A stretch of DNA of 63,630 bases, the filler included, from Porpidia crustulata (lineage: Eukaryota), in the NCBI GenBank assembly GCA_964255105.1. It is 10 parts of 10 records of this genome, joined end to end, with 100 filler letters (N's around TTAATTAATTAA, not from the genome) between each part and the next. Parts side by side here need not be neighbours in the genome. Positions count along the whole stretch, not along the records: positions 1 to 6,284 come from CAXUWE010001583.1; positions 6,385 to 12,665 come from CAXUWE010001584.1; 8 more parts are not named here. One strand, given 5' to 3'. Shown piece after piece: positions 1-11,800 of this stretch. Both the position numbers and the translations under genes were made by a program. Positions within the stretch are counted from its first letter, which is position 1. Every line of letters starts with the position of its first letter. Under the pieces are notes generated by a model that saw only the letters and a program-made list of their open reading frames with translations, did not search any database and was not told where the DNA came from.

Positions 1-1
1 G

Positions 2-97
2 AGTTTGGTGGCGGATGGGTGGGCGAAGGAGTTGTATGCGGCGTTTGGGTTTCGGGGGGTGGGGCCGGTGTCGGAGGGGATGTCTTTGGTGCGTTGA
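2..97 (+). CDS. C-terminal fragment of a GNAT-family N-acetyltransferase (5' truncated by contig start)
   Basis: Frame +2 reads SLVADGWAKELYAAFGFRGVGPVSEGMSLVR*. This matches the 'SLxAD...LYxxFGF...S.GM' C-terminus of small AttT-like GNATs. Confidence 0.55.
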   Translation, partial: SLVADGWAKELYAAFGFRGVGPVSEGMSLVR

Positions 98-265
98 GGG
101 ATGGGAGTGTTGCGGGCTTTTTACGGGTAGATTGTGGGTTGGGAATGTGGAGCGTGAGTGATGATGTTCAAGTCTGCTGTTTCTGATTTCTATGGATATG
201 ACCTTTCATTGACCTAATGTGGACTAGCGATGCATAGAAATATGAAGTCTAGATAGGAATGGCTA

Positions 266-1689
266 CTACCGGATGCCTTTTCTGGAAAGCCCTCTCCTTT
301 GTACGGTAATTTCAAGATCCGTAGCTACACTGACGCAGTCGCCGTGCTTTGCTGGTCTGTAGCAGACTCTGTAGGGCAGCCAAGTCGTCGTCGTAATCAC
401 GAAATCCTCTACTGAGAAACGTCTTCCACAAATGTTTGACCGGCTGGTCAAGATCCCAATTCCATGTATCTTGATGGCCGCAGATCTATCTCCATTTCTT
501 CGTTGTTTGTAAATTATGGGCGATGAAGATTCGGTCCATTGACTATTCGCTCTACATCAGTCTCATGGTACACATTAAAGACGCGTAGTTTTAGGAGAGA
601 GGTATCCATATCCAGAAAAGATTGAGACCAGGTGGCGTCATAGGCCATCATATTTTTGGGACCGCCAGGTACAAAGGCAAGCTTCTCTCTAATGGGATAC
701 TTATCTTGGTCAAATTCATTGTGTATACGTACAAAAGCGACAATTTGACAGCCGTATAGGAGTAAATTGCGAAGTGTTTTCCCTTGTATGGTGGTCCACT
801 TCATCTGCCAATGGTGACTGAAGGTAAATTTCCTCAAGTATAGAACTTGCAAGCGCGGAAAAAAGAGCTGAGAGAAGTCCGCCTTGGAAAAGTAACCACA
901 ATTGGAATCGGAAAGAAGGGCAAGGCTGGTAAGGTTGGACATTGTAGGAGTAAACCATGCAAAACCAATTGAATCAAAGGATAAGTGCAGATGGCCTGAA
1001 CGAGAGTGCCAAGATGGCAAAGAATCCGTGAGAAGATTGAGTTTAAGAGTTTGTAGTTGCTCAAGTGCGGGACGAAAGTTGGGATGAGTAGCAACGGCCG
1101 CATGATCGTGATTTGCAACACCATCGACTGAGAGAGCCCGAACACGGGGCGCACTGTTCATCGGATGGGTCAATATATTAAGTATTGAAATAAGACAATG
1201 GGTCCGGAGAAAGCTGGGCGGCGAGACACCAGTGTCTGTCCACAAATTACCATTATACCTGTAAGACTCATCGCGAAATGATATTGTAATAGAGGAGAGG
1301 TCTTTGACGAGACAGCATTTTAGAACAGCATTTTCGACCTCAAATTGTAACTATGGAGTTTAACGGTAGAAGCGTGAACTTTGGAGACAACTCAAAGACT
1401 GCACAAACTATTGGATTAAGTCCTTCGGGCACCAAATTGATCCATCTGATCTGATGTGCTCGGGTTCTTGGACATTCTCTTTCTGAAATATAACCTAGGC
1501 TCCTAAACCTATTCTATTCATTAGGCGGCTCATCTACGGTAAGAGACTTGAAGAGCGCTTTCGCAGCCACATGTTCCAGGAAGCGAGAGGCCAACCGGTT
1601 TTCCTCGAAATCGTCAGCGCAGACGTAAAGACCACAGGCACCAGGAGTCCATCGGGCAGTCTAATAAGAGGGGAATCCGTTGCTGCCAT
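266..1689 (-). pseudogene. Decayed fungal F-box/LRR-like protein gene
   Basis: ATG at 1689 gives MAATDSPLIRLPDGLLVP (F-box-like LxxLPDxLL). A frameshift is needed to reach RLASRFLEHVAAKALFKSLTV, and an in-frame TAG follows. ORF 514..1245 (GYFSKADFSQLFFPRLQVLYLRKFTFSHHWQMKW...TLRNLLLYGC) resembles fungal F-box protein C-termini. More in-frame stops lie downstream. Confidence 0.55.
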
Positions 1690-2518
1690 AGCGCTCTGTA
1701 TAATAAAATCTGCTTGTCTCTGGAAACATCAAGACGAAAGTATAATGGGGAATAGCGAAGAACGACAAACCCAAGCTTATTTGAATGCATGTTGCGTTGT
1801 TACCTTGAAGGCGTGCTACGACAGAATTCCAACAACGAAGCTGCCACGCCAGCCAGCCAGTGACACCATATCGATTAGTAGGCAAACAACCAGCAAAAAT
1901 AGGATGCCAGCAGCCCTTTAGACTAAGAGAGAGGACATGCTAGCATGATATACACTGACAATCTTTATCGACCACTGCATATGTATGGACATAGTAAACA
2001 AGTCTAGTGAAGCAGTTTGTGAGTATCTGAGCTTGAGCACACTCTTCCACCTGAGCAGGCAACGGTACTGTACCATCGCTACACTAGCTCGATAAATTGG
2101 AACTTGTCGTGAGAGCTGCTTCGTTAGATTTTTCCATTCTCAGTATCATGCGCCAGTGTATTGACTTTTGTGGCGTCTGTAGCGTGTGGCGCCTGTGGAG
2201 CGCGCTAATTTTCAGCTGTGCCCCTCCTATTTCTGCTCTTCAAACCCCCTCGATGCCCTCATCGACGCTCTCGTTTTCTTTCCTTGCTGAGATCATCAGC
2301 TATACTGGATAGTGTACATAGTTGTGCAAGGAGTCATTTATTTTGTGTATATAATTGCGTTACTTCGAATTGTTGGAAACTTTGTCTACATCGCTCCTAC
2401 CTTACGAGTATACTTATTCCATTTCTCGCCGTGTCTTTACCAAAGAGCAAGCTTGAATTCTTTGATTCTGATTTCCCTTAATCTTCCTACTAATTTTACG
2501 CTGGTGTCAGTACCAACG

Positions 2519-3507
2519 ATGGCGGATACTGTCATCAACAGAGCCAAATCCTATATTGAACCATCAGTGTTGATTCTTGTTGCTCTCTATGGTTCGTAGC
2601 TATCTCGTTCTTAAAACATTGAAAGTCTTAAATTCCTTAGGCGGTCTACTGGTACTTTTGGATATACTCGTGTTCCGAAGACGGCCCCAAGATCTCTTGG
2701 ATCTTCCAAAATTTCAACAGAGAATGTTCGGTCAATTCTGGCTGAAAATGGGTGCGTTTCTCCATTTCGAGACTAGGAAACGCTTTTATCAAAAAACCTT
2801 TTGCTAAATTCCAACAAAGGTCCAACGCTCGCAGCCCGCGAAGTCGACACCGTTCTCCCCTCCCTCGTAGCTTCGGCCTACGGAACAGTACTCGAAGTTG
2901 GTCCGGGCAGCGGCAATCAGCTTTCCCGCCTTGACCCCTCAAATATTAAAAACGTGTACGGCGTCGAGCCTACACTTGACTTACATGAGAAACTCAAAGC
3001 TAGTATCAAACAAGCCGGATTAACGGATGTATATACGATTGTGCCCGGCGGTATTGACGAATCGCAACAGCTTCGCAAATACGGCGTCGAGAGAGAAAGT
3101 TTTGATACCATTCTGAGTATTCAAGTCCTCTGCTGCGTTCCAGATGCCGAAAAAACCGTCCGCGACATGTACGACTTATTAAAACCAGGGGGTCAGCTGA
3201 TTATTTACGAGCATGTGAAGAGCGAGGACATGGTTTCGAAATTTGTACAAGGTAAAAATCTTACTCCTGGCACCCTCATCTTTACACCCAGTACAGCCTT
3301 GTAGTACCACACTGACGGTAGAATGCAAAAGACATCTACAATACCGTCTGGCCTGCCTTACTTGGGAATTGTCATTTGAACCGGCAAACCGCAAACCTGC
3401 TAAGGAATGCGGGAAACTGGGCGACGGACGAATTGGAGACGCCAAAGAAAGAGGACGCGTGGCTGGTTATCCCAAGGATTTCTGGGAGGCTCATTAAGGC
3501 GAAGTAG
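2519..3507 (+). CDS. Class I SAM-dependent methyltransferase (Methyltransf_11, METTL7-like), 4 exons
   Basis: Motifs VLEVGPGSG, YGVEP, FDTILSIQVLCCV, LLKPGG..YEHV and last exon WPALLGNCHLNR. GT-AG introns at about 2592-2640, 2752-2819 and 3252-3331. Confidence 0.85.
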
Positions 3508-4441
3508 CGTTGTAGTGATCTTCCCCAACTGAATCCATGACGCTTGACCAGATCACAAATTTTCTGATTTTAGTTGTAAATAATCTACCTAGGTCCTGAA
3601 ATTGGAAGCCTTCATGCCTGAATTCTACGTCGTTGAGATGATAATGGATGTTAGCAATCATTGATATTCGTCGTAGCTAATATGCGGTAGCATCATCAAA
3701 TGACTCTGGAGTTACCAGACGCAACAAATCAAAAAACCTGCTGCTTTCCCAAGATTAACCAGCGTGTCCACTTCATCTCGTTCTTGTCGCTTCTCAAAGT
3801 CGCTTCATTCATCTGCCAGCGTGCCGTCCATGGGGGAGCTACCCCAAAGCATGACGGGTCCTCCTAGAGAATGTAGAAGCACAAGATCCGGCCACTGAAT
3901 TTTTCATTAAATGCAACGACTATGAAAAATCATTAAGCCGGCCCCGAGCTCCGGAGAAGCGGCCAGCAACGACATAAAGGTCTCGACTGTCATTGCAGAT
4001 GAAATAATTTAGGCCACTTAGGGGAACGATTTGTCAAAAGCTGTACATGTGAAGATTGAGTAGGAGGTTTGGACAGTTGGACAGTCAAATTTAAATAAAT
4101 GTGATGGGTTCCGTTAGGATGGATGTTTTTATCACCAATCCTGGGATATTGCTGAGATAATGAGAAGAAAGCGGATCAAGCGAGAGTCAAGTAATACTCA
4201 TTGACCTAGAACATATGCATTGCTCAAGTATGTATCTAGATTGAACTCGACAAAAATTGGGCTTTTGTAGGACGCATCGCCAAGATCAACAAGACGGTTG
4301 TCATGCTGTGACGTTCTGCCTCGGCGTTTTGGTTGATCTCATTGAGCACTCTTCGATGATACCTAATCTCAACTACCACACCCATCACACTGTCTTTGCG
4401 AATATTGCCTCCCCGGGCAGGCAGACAGATGCGACCCTGCG

Positions 4442-6176
4442 ATGGAGATTCCCCGCAATATCTATCGGGATGATGTAGACTTTGCAGTTCTTGCTCTACA
4501 GTCGCCAGCCTTCAACAAATAGCAAGTCATCGACTGATACAGCGATGATTTTGGCGACTGATACTGGACTGCAGCTTGAAGCCAAACGGCCAGCTGGACT
4601 TCGGTAATCCCGAAGCTGTGCAGTAATTGAGCCTGTTCCGTTGTCTAGTGCCTACATGGGCTGAGATATGCTCAGACAGCTTACCAAAAGCTTGTTGAAA
4701 CGAGACTTTAGCATTGAGATTGAATTACCTGATGATCGTTTATGTCCTCCAGTGCGTGTCTTGCTGGAAATTTTGTCTCGACTTTGACTGTGAAGCTGAG
4801 GTTTCAAGGTGCCAAACAGGTACCCTATATTTTGTGTTAAGCCTCTGAATTTGCTTGTCTAAATCTTCGTACAAGACTCAATTATATACTCTGGATCCAA
4901 GATTTGATCGATACCACTGGTCCTAATTACACAGATCAGTATGAATCACATCGAGATATCATAGGTCTAGACATGTAAGAGAATGATTTTGTGGATCAAC
5001 GACGAAGGGCTGATTGTTCTCACAATAGAGGTACGGGATCGAGCTGTATTTATCCACTTCTCGGATGCTCTCAGAGACCACTATGGCGGTTTGCAGCTAC
5101 AGGTAATTCATTTAGATGATCACAGGTATAGTCGTACCACTAATGATGATTTGAGATATCGATGGAAAAAATTTGCAATATGCCAAGCAGAACATCTTGA
5201 AGAATAATCTCAAATCTCGCATTCGACCTTTGCATACCAAGTCCTCGGACCCTCTGATTCCATTGAAGGCTTTTGGATTAGAACGGTGTTCAGTATTCTC
5301 AAATTTAGATAACACAACCCTCCTAATATTCTTTCCAGTATCCACTTCACAATATGCAACCCCCCTTTCTACGGCTCTAACGCCGAGCTCCTCGCTTCAG
5401 CTGCCGCAAAATCCAGACCTCCCCAATCTGCCTGTACCGGCGCAGCTGTGGAGATGGTGACCCCCGGTGGAGAGGTCGCGTTTGTAAGCCGTATGATTGA
5501 GGAGAGCGTTGCATTAAAGACAAAATGCCAATGGTATACGAGTATGCTTGGAAAATTAAGCAGCGTTGGCACTGTCGTAGAAAAGCTGAAAAATATTGGA
5601 CTTGAGAATTTTGCCGTCAAGGAATTTGTGCAGGGGGGTAAAACGAGGAGATGGGGTATCGCTTGGAGTTGGGACGACATGAGACCAACGCAAGTCAGTC
5701 AATATTTTATCAATACTCTATCAAAAATCTGTCGTATTGTTGACGGGCTATCGCAGAACGTCGCAAGAGGCATCTCGAGCCTTCCCAAACACCTCATGCC
5801 CTTCCCCTCCGACTTCATCTTCGCTCTACCGAAATCTACCCTCGAAAATGCCCCGCGCCGTCTCAACGCAATTCTAGAACCCCTGGACCTCCAATGGAAA
5901 TATCGACCCTCGCTTTCCACAGGAGTCGGCTTCGCCAGCGCCAACGTCTGGTCTCGAGCGGCGAGAAGGCAGCGGCAGAAAGGTGGCACTGCGGATGACG
6001 ACTCGAAGGATGAGACCGATGGCGAAAGAGAGCCGGCGCTGGGGTTCAAGGTCCAGCTGAGACTGGGCAGAGAGAAGCAGGGGGTCGAGGTGTCTGTGCG
6101 ATGGCTGAAGGGACGCGACAGTGTGCTTTATGAGAGTTTTTGTGGGATGCTGAAGCGACAACTCAGTAGTTCGTGA
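4442..6176 (+). CDS. METTL16: METTL16/RlmF-family (DUF890) U6 snRNA m6A methyltransferase, about 9 exons
   Basis: Spliced model reads MEIPRNIYRDDVDFAVLALQSPAFNKY-LKPNGQLDF...[20 protein letters not shown]...GLDIGTGSSCIYPLLG...CNPPFY...EMVTPGGEVAFV...WYTSMLGKLSS...QGGKTRRWGIAWS. These are the diagnostic METTL16 motifs. Most exons are not visible in the ORF track. Confidence 0.9.
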
Positions 6177-6284
6177 TTTCAGCGGTCAAAACATCTTCTG
6201 AGTCTTTACAGAGAAGACGACCCCTCAATATGGCTATGTTATATATCATCCCAACGTGCCAGCCCCCTTTATACACCTCAATGG

Positions 6285-6384
6285 NNNNNNNNNNNNNNNN
6301 NNNNNNNNNNNNNNNNNNNNNNNNNNNNTTAATTAATTAANNNNNNNNNNNNNNNNNNNNNNNNNNNNNNNNNNNNNNNNNNNN
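6285..6384. other. Artificial contig-joining spacer
   Basis: 44 N + TTAATTAATTAA (stop codons in all six frames) + 44 N. Confidence 0.99.
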
Positions 6385-6510
6385 TGTCGGGGAGGAGACG
6401 GTAGGTGCGGGCGGGGCCCCGGGTGATCTCGTTTGAGTAGGCGAGGTAGTCGGGGAAGGCATGGAGCGAGGAGACGACGGTGAGCAGGAGGCCGCCGGCT
6501 ACGGCGTAAC
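6385..6510 (-). other. Probable bacterial glycosyltransferase family 39 (ArnT/PMT-like) fragment fused to the contig end
   Basis: Translation YAVAGGLLLTVVSSLHAFPDYLAYSNEITRGPARTYRLLPD resembles the 'PxYLAYxNE..GGP...Y..L.DSN.DWGQ' motif of bacterial GT39-like membrane proteins and is unrelated to the G-patch protein it continues. Confidence 0.55.
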
Positions 6511-7871
6511 GAGCGATGCGGGAGCGGGCGGCGGGGTTGAGGTAGTCGAACACGGATTTGCCGGGGAGGGGAGTTTCACCAAGAAGGGAAGCGCGAGATT
6601 TGGGGTCTAGGGTGGACGCCTTGGCGATAGTGGCGGGGGATTGGTAGTCGCCGGATTGGGTCGCGGAGGAGTCGAGAGGTGTTTTCGCAGATTTCCAGTC
6701 AGAAGGGATGGTGGGAGGGGGGTATTGGCCGTCTCGGGAGAGGATCGAAGCGAGAGGATCGATGCTTGTTGAAAGGACGAAGCCATCGAGGGGGAGACGA
6801 CCGTCATGGCAACGGCGGAAGGTTGAGATTGCTTTGGTCGCAGCGGTCTTTTTAGGTATAAAGACTGGTTTGCTACTTAATAGGGGATTGGCTGTCGTTT
6901 TACTGTTTAGAGGCTTTTTGGTTTTCTTCTTTTCATTTCCAATTACGCGGTTGTATAAGACTTTGGGGCCGATCTGATAGGGATCCTCATCGTCTGAACC
7001 GGTGTCGTTGAGGATTCCCATCCCAAATCCTCCTCGAACTGGTAGCTTCTTCATTTTAAGCTTTTTGTCTCCGGAGACAATCCCAATCTCAGCGGTTCCA
7101 TCGGCATCGTTTTCATTCGTAATGTTCTTGCTGTTTGAAACAGCGTTGAGCTTGATTTCTCCTTCAAATCCAAGGCCCTTACGATCGTTTTTTTTTACGA
7201 AGGATATCATACGAGAGTTATCGGGAGCAAACGAATACGTTTCTTGGTCATCTTGGCCGCCTGGATCCTCATCCTCAGACAACCTTGCTTTCCGCTTCAC
7301 CTTCGGGCCAATTCCTTGGCCCTCTCGCCAACCCATTTTTTTCAATAGTTTGACGCCCACAGTGTCACCACTTGGCTTGAGAATATCCATAGCGGACTCG
7401 TTCGCCGACTTCTCTTGGGCTGTGGAACCAAGCCCTGCGAACAAATCCGCAGTTTGCAATTTCCTTGCCTCCTCGGCATCAGCAACGTCTTCGTCGTCCA
7501 TGAAGTCTTCTGGTCTCTGCTGCGCAGGCGTAGCATCTTTCTTCCTGTTTGACCGAGACGACACAAATGTTGAAGGAGCCCAGCCCTCCTTAGATCCAAC
7601 AGTATTGAAATATCTAGGCTCGTGGTCAGCTTACGCCACAAATAAGGCATAGAGTGAGAAAATACCCAGCGCTGAAGCCACCAGTAAAAGCCCCATGAAG
7701 CCTCTTCCGTCCCTGCTCATCAGTGACCTCCTGCTTCCACACCGGTACGTAAGACCCATCGTCGCGAGTGTCTGGGTCCAGAGGAGGCAGCGGAGTGCCG
7801 TATACAACGAATGGGGATTGCTGAGCTTGAAGATCTGCTTCGAAGGTTGCACGCGATCGTTTGTAAGCCAT
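6511..7871 (-). CDS. G-patch domain protein (GPATCH1/TGH-like, DUF1604 N-terminus), 3' truncated
   Basis: Exon 1 reads [14 protein letters not shown]...[22 protein letters not shown]. After an intron it continues [11 protein letters not shown]...[10 protein letters not shown], then the G-patch [17 protein letters not shown] and KGLGF. Confidence 0.9.
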
Positions 7872-8897
7872 GGTGATTGAGGTAAGGCATGCTCGCAGGC
7901 GACAGAGCTTGGAAGGCTTTCACGAATTTTGGTTATCCGGCCACACCTGATCCCGTCTGGAGGAGGAGCTGGAGAAGGGCGGAATTGACGTTTAGGTTCA
8001 TGCTAGCTCTATGATTGGCAGGGACCATTCAAGCATAAAACCTCATATCTATCTTGGCGTTGATACATGTTCTCAATCCTCCGATTTGCTAGGAGAGGCA
8101 GGCAAGCTGTTTCGGCTATGATAGAGTTATATACCTACTACATTGTACTATATCGCTCTATGCATAATTCATTGGATCGCAATTGCAACTAGGTAGGATG
8201 GGCTTATGACATTTGGTGATCACCGCTAGACCTTAGAGACACCAGGATGTGCAAGCAGTCTATGGCTGCTCCTCCATGATCTCGAAAACAACAAGCCAGT
8301 ATAATAAGGACGTGTTGTGACTGTTGGCTAGGGAGCCAGGTGGCAGGGTGGCTGCCAAGCCATTTACAAGCTGTATTCGTAGCCGAAACGAGAACGCCTT
8401 GAGTATCTATGTGATATATCTGACTATCAAGTTTCACGCGACTTCATCCGTTGATATGCTTCAAGTCAGACATCAACGTCTAAAATCATTGATCACTGGG
8501 TCAAACATTGCCGACCCTATGATCGGGTCATCTTGAACCGCCTTGTCTAAGCCCGAATCTTGTCCGAGTCTCAGAGACACCTCTCGAGTCAGTGAGAGCT
8601 ACTTCTCGTTGCCCAAAGTGTGTACACCACAAACGACGTCCCAATGCAGCATCCTTTTCGTATTTGATACAGGTTCTAAGCTATCAGGCCGAACTACAGG
8701 ACTGTCACTTATCGCGCTGCGAGGAACACTGGTAGCTAGCTTGAAGCCTAGCACCATAGTGGCCGATTGTTTGACAACGCCAACCTGCCAGGCTCCTTTT
8801 TGTCGCGCACCCACGTATACCCCCGCGGCACACCGTTACGGGCTACCAACCCTTGGGATTCATCTTCTTCAAGTTCAATCAATCCGGAAATACGAGC

Positions 8898-11800
8898 ATG
8901 TCAACTTCTACCGCGTCTCCCGCGGTTGTACGCAGTTCCTCACGTCGCCAACCATTATATGCCACCTCCACAGGCGACCGCGCTCAACGAGCTGTCTCTT
9001 TAGTCACAAGTCAAAGTACTCCTCCGCCGCCGTACTCACGCTCTCAATCCCAGAACCGCGGACCCCCGACCTCCCAGCAAGCAGCACTTGCGAACATCGC
9101 CCGCAACGATCAGGAAACGACCAACTTAGCACGGCCATCCTCGTCTCGCCGTAGCTTCTCTCGAGATCGATCCACGGCTGCCCCACCACCTAAGCGAACA
9201 GATTCTACAAGGGATTCGCATCGAAGTACCTCTAGACCTGGTCATTCGCGGAACAGCTCATCGTATTTGGCAGCACCAGGGACAGTCGCTGCCAATGGAG
9301 GTTTGGCAGCGGCGCAACCCTCGGGCGGCGGGAGATTGCAATCCGATGTGGTTGTTCCGGGAAGTGGTGGTTCTTCGAAGAGACGGACAACAATCAGCGC
9401 ACAGACAGGAAACTGGTCGCTTGGCAAGACGATTGGTGCCGGGAGCATGGGAAAGGTCAAACTAGCCAAAAGTTTGGAGACTGGGGAACAGGTGCGTTAA
9501 TTTCAGGTCATCTCTTAATAGCAGAGACGTAAGACATGGCTGACGGACCCTTTGAACTAGGTTGCTGTTAAAATTGTACCGAGACAATCTACCGATGAGC
9601 ACCACAACAACCGAGACCGCGAGCGTGCAGATCATTCCAAAGAGATCAGGACTGCCAGAGAAGCAGCCATTGTCACTCTTCTGAATCACCCTTATATATG
9701 TGCCATGCGCGATGTCGTTCGTACTGGCAATCATTGGTATATGCTTTTCGAGTACGTGAATGGAGGTCAGATGCTCGACTATATAATTTCTCATGGCAGA
9801 CTCAAGGAGAAGCAGGCCAGAAAATTTGGTCGACAGATCGCCAGTGCTCTAGATTATTGCCACAGGAATAGTATTGTTCACCGTGATTTAAAGATTGAAA
9901 ATATCTTGATAAGCAAGACTGGAGATATCAAGATCATTGATTTTGGGCTAAGCAACCTCTTCTCACCGAGAAGCCATCTCAAAACCTTCTGTGGAAGCCT
10001 GTATTTTGCAGCCCCGGAATTACTGCAAGCAAGGCAGTATACTGGCCCTGAGGTTGATATCTGGAGTTTTGGTATAGTCTTGTACGTGCTAGTTTGTGGC
10101 AAGGTTCCATTCGATGATCAGAGTATGCCTCAGCTGCATGCAAAGATCAAGAAAGGAATAGTAGATTATCCTGCTTGGCTATCTACCGGTAAGCGAGTAT
10201 TTTTTTCTATGAGATCCTACTATGAGCTTCGAAAAGTCTAGACTACTAACGATTATCCCAGAGTGTAAGAATCTTATATCTAAAATGCTAGTTACAGATC
10301 CCAAACAAAGGACAAGTCTTCAGGAAATCATGAATCATCCTTGGATTACCAAAGGGTTCAACACCCCCCCGGAAAATTACCTTCCTCATCGTGAGCCTAT
10401 ACAACTTCCATTAGATCCAGCGATTGTGGAGAAAATGACCGGATTTGATTTTGGTCCTGCCGATTTCATAACTCGCGAATTGACAAAGGTCATCAACTCA
10501 GAGGACTACCAGACTGCAGTAAAATTAAATGCTCGAGACCAACTTGCTCACGCCGCAGGCAACGAAAAAAAGAGGGGCGTTTTCGACTTCTATAAGCGGC
10601 GAAGCTCGATTACGAGCAAAGAGACTCTCCAAAATCCTTCTGCAGAAGCAGTGCAGCTAGGCTCCGATCCTGTAAACGCCTTCAGTCCCTTAATTTCAAT
10701 TTACTATCTCGTGAAGGAAAAGCAGGATAGAGAACGTATTGAAGCCAATCCCGGAGCCCTGAGCATGCCAATCTCACCAGGCGAGAAGCCATTGAAGTTA
10801 CCTGACTTACCGGCTCCTGAAGCGGCGTACACAAACTCAACAGCTTACGAAATGCCGGGTGAGAAGCCCACTGGCGGTCGCTCAAGACCTAGGTCCAGGA
10901 CCCATGGCGAGGACGAGGCTACTGAGGGAATCAAGAAAGTGAATTTGAATGTTCCTCATAAAGCAGCTCCCGTGATCACGACATCACCTACGGATCAGAC
11001 GCCAGCCAAGAGAGAAAGCACTGCCGCAGGACTTTTGCGAAGATTCAGCACGCGGCGTAACAAGGACTCGGCTAGGGGTAGAATAGATACACAAGATCCA
11101 CCTTCACTTCAGTTGCAGCCCCCCACAGATGCAGCTGCTACAACGCCTCGTAAGAGCTTCAGCGTGCGAAGATCTCGTAATAGGGATCCGGCCCCAACAC
11201 CACTATTGCATCCCGGTGGAAGTACGCCACATCAACCAGAACTTCTAGCTCCCTCAGCTGCATCAAGGCCGGGCAACGCATTGGATCGGTCAACGAGTGT
11301 CAATTCCGCTGATTACGGAAGGCGAGGGCCTCGCCGAGGAGTCTCGGAAGGACACACAACAAGCCCAGCCCTTGACCCTCCATTAACCAGTGGCTCTGAC
11401 CAGTCCAGCATGAGCCTCCAGAAGCCGAAGGCGAGCGAAGCTGGTCCCATAGAGCAGACTCCTGGTTCAAATGTCCGTGCTGCGACAACACGGACCAAGT
11501 CCCTCGGCCATGCGAGACGGGAAAGCATACAAGCTCGACGTGTTCGAAGAGACGATGCTCGTGAAGCAAACGTCCCGGAAGAGACAGACCAAGAACTTGC
11601 CGAAGGGCAAGACGAAACCCGTCATACCGGCAGCGTTGAGAACATGAAGCCGGTGTACCTCAAAGGCCTTTTCAGCGTCTCCACCACCAGCAACAAACCA
11701 TTGCCTTACATACGAGCAGACATTGTCCGAGTCCTCAAACAGCTGGCCGTGGAGTTTACCGAGATCAGGGGCGGCTTCAGCTGCCGCCACGCCCCGAGCA

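Noticed and set aside
2519..6176. Two adjacent methyltransferases as a secondary-metabolite cluster
   Set aside because: One is the housekeeping RNA methyltransferase METTL16, and the contig has no PKS, NRPS or other backbone gene.
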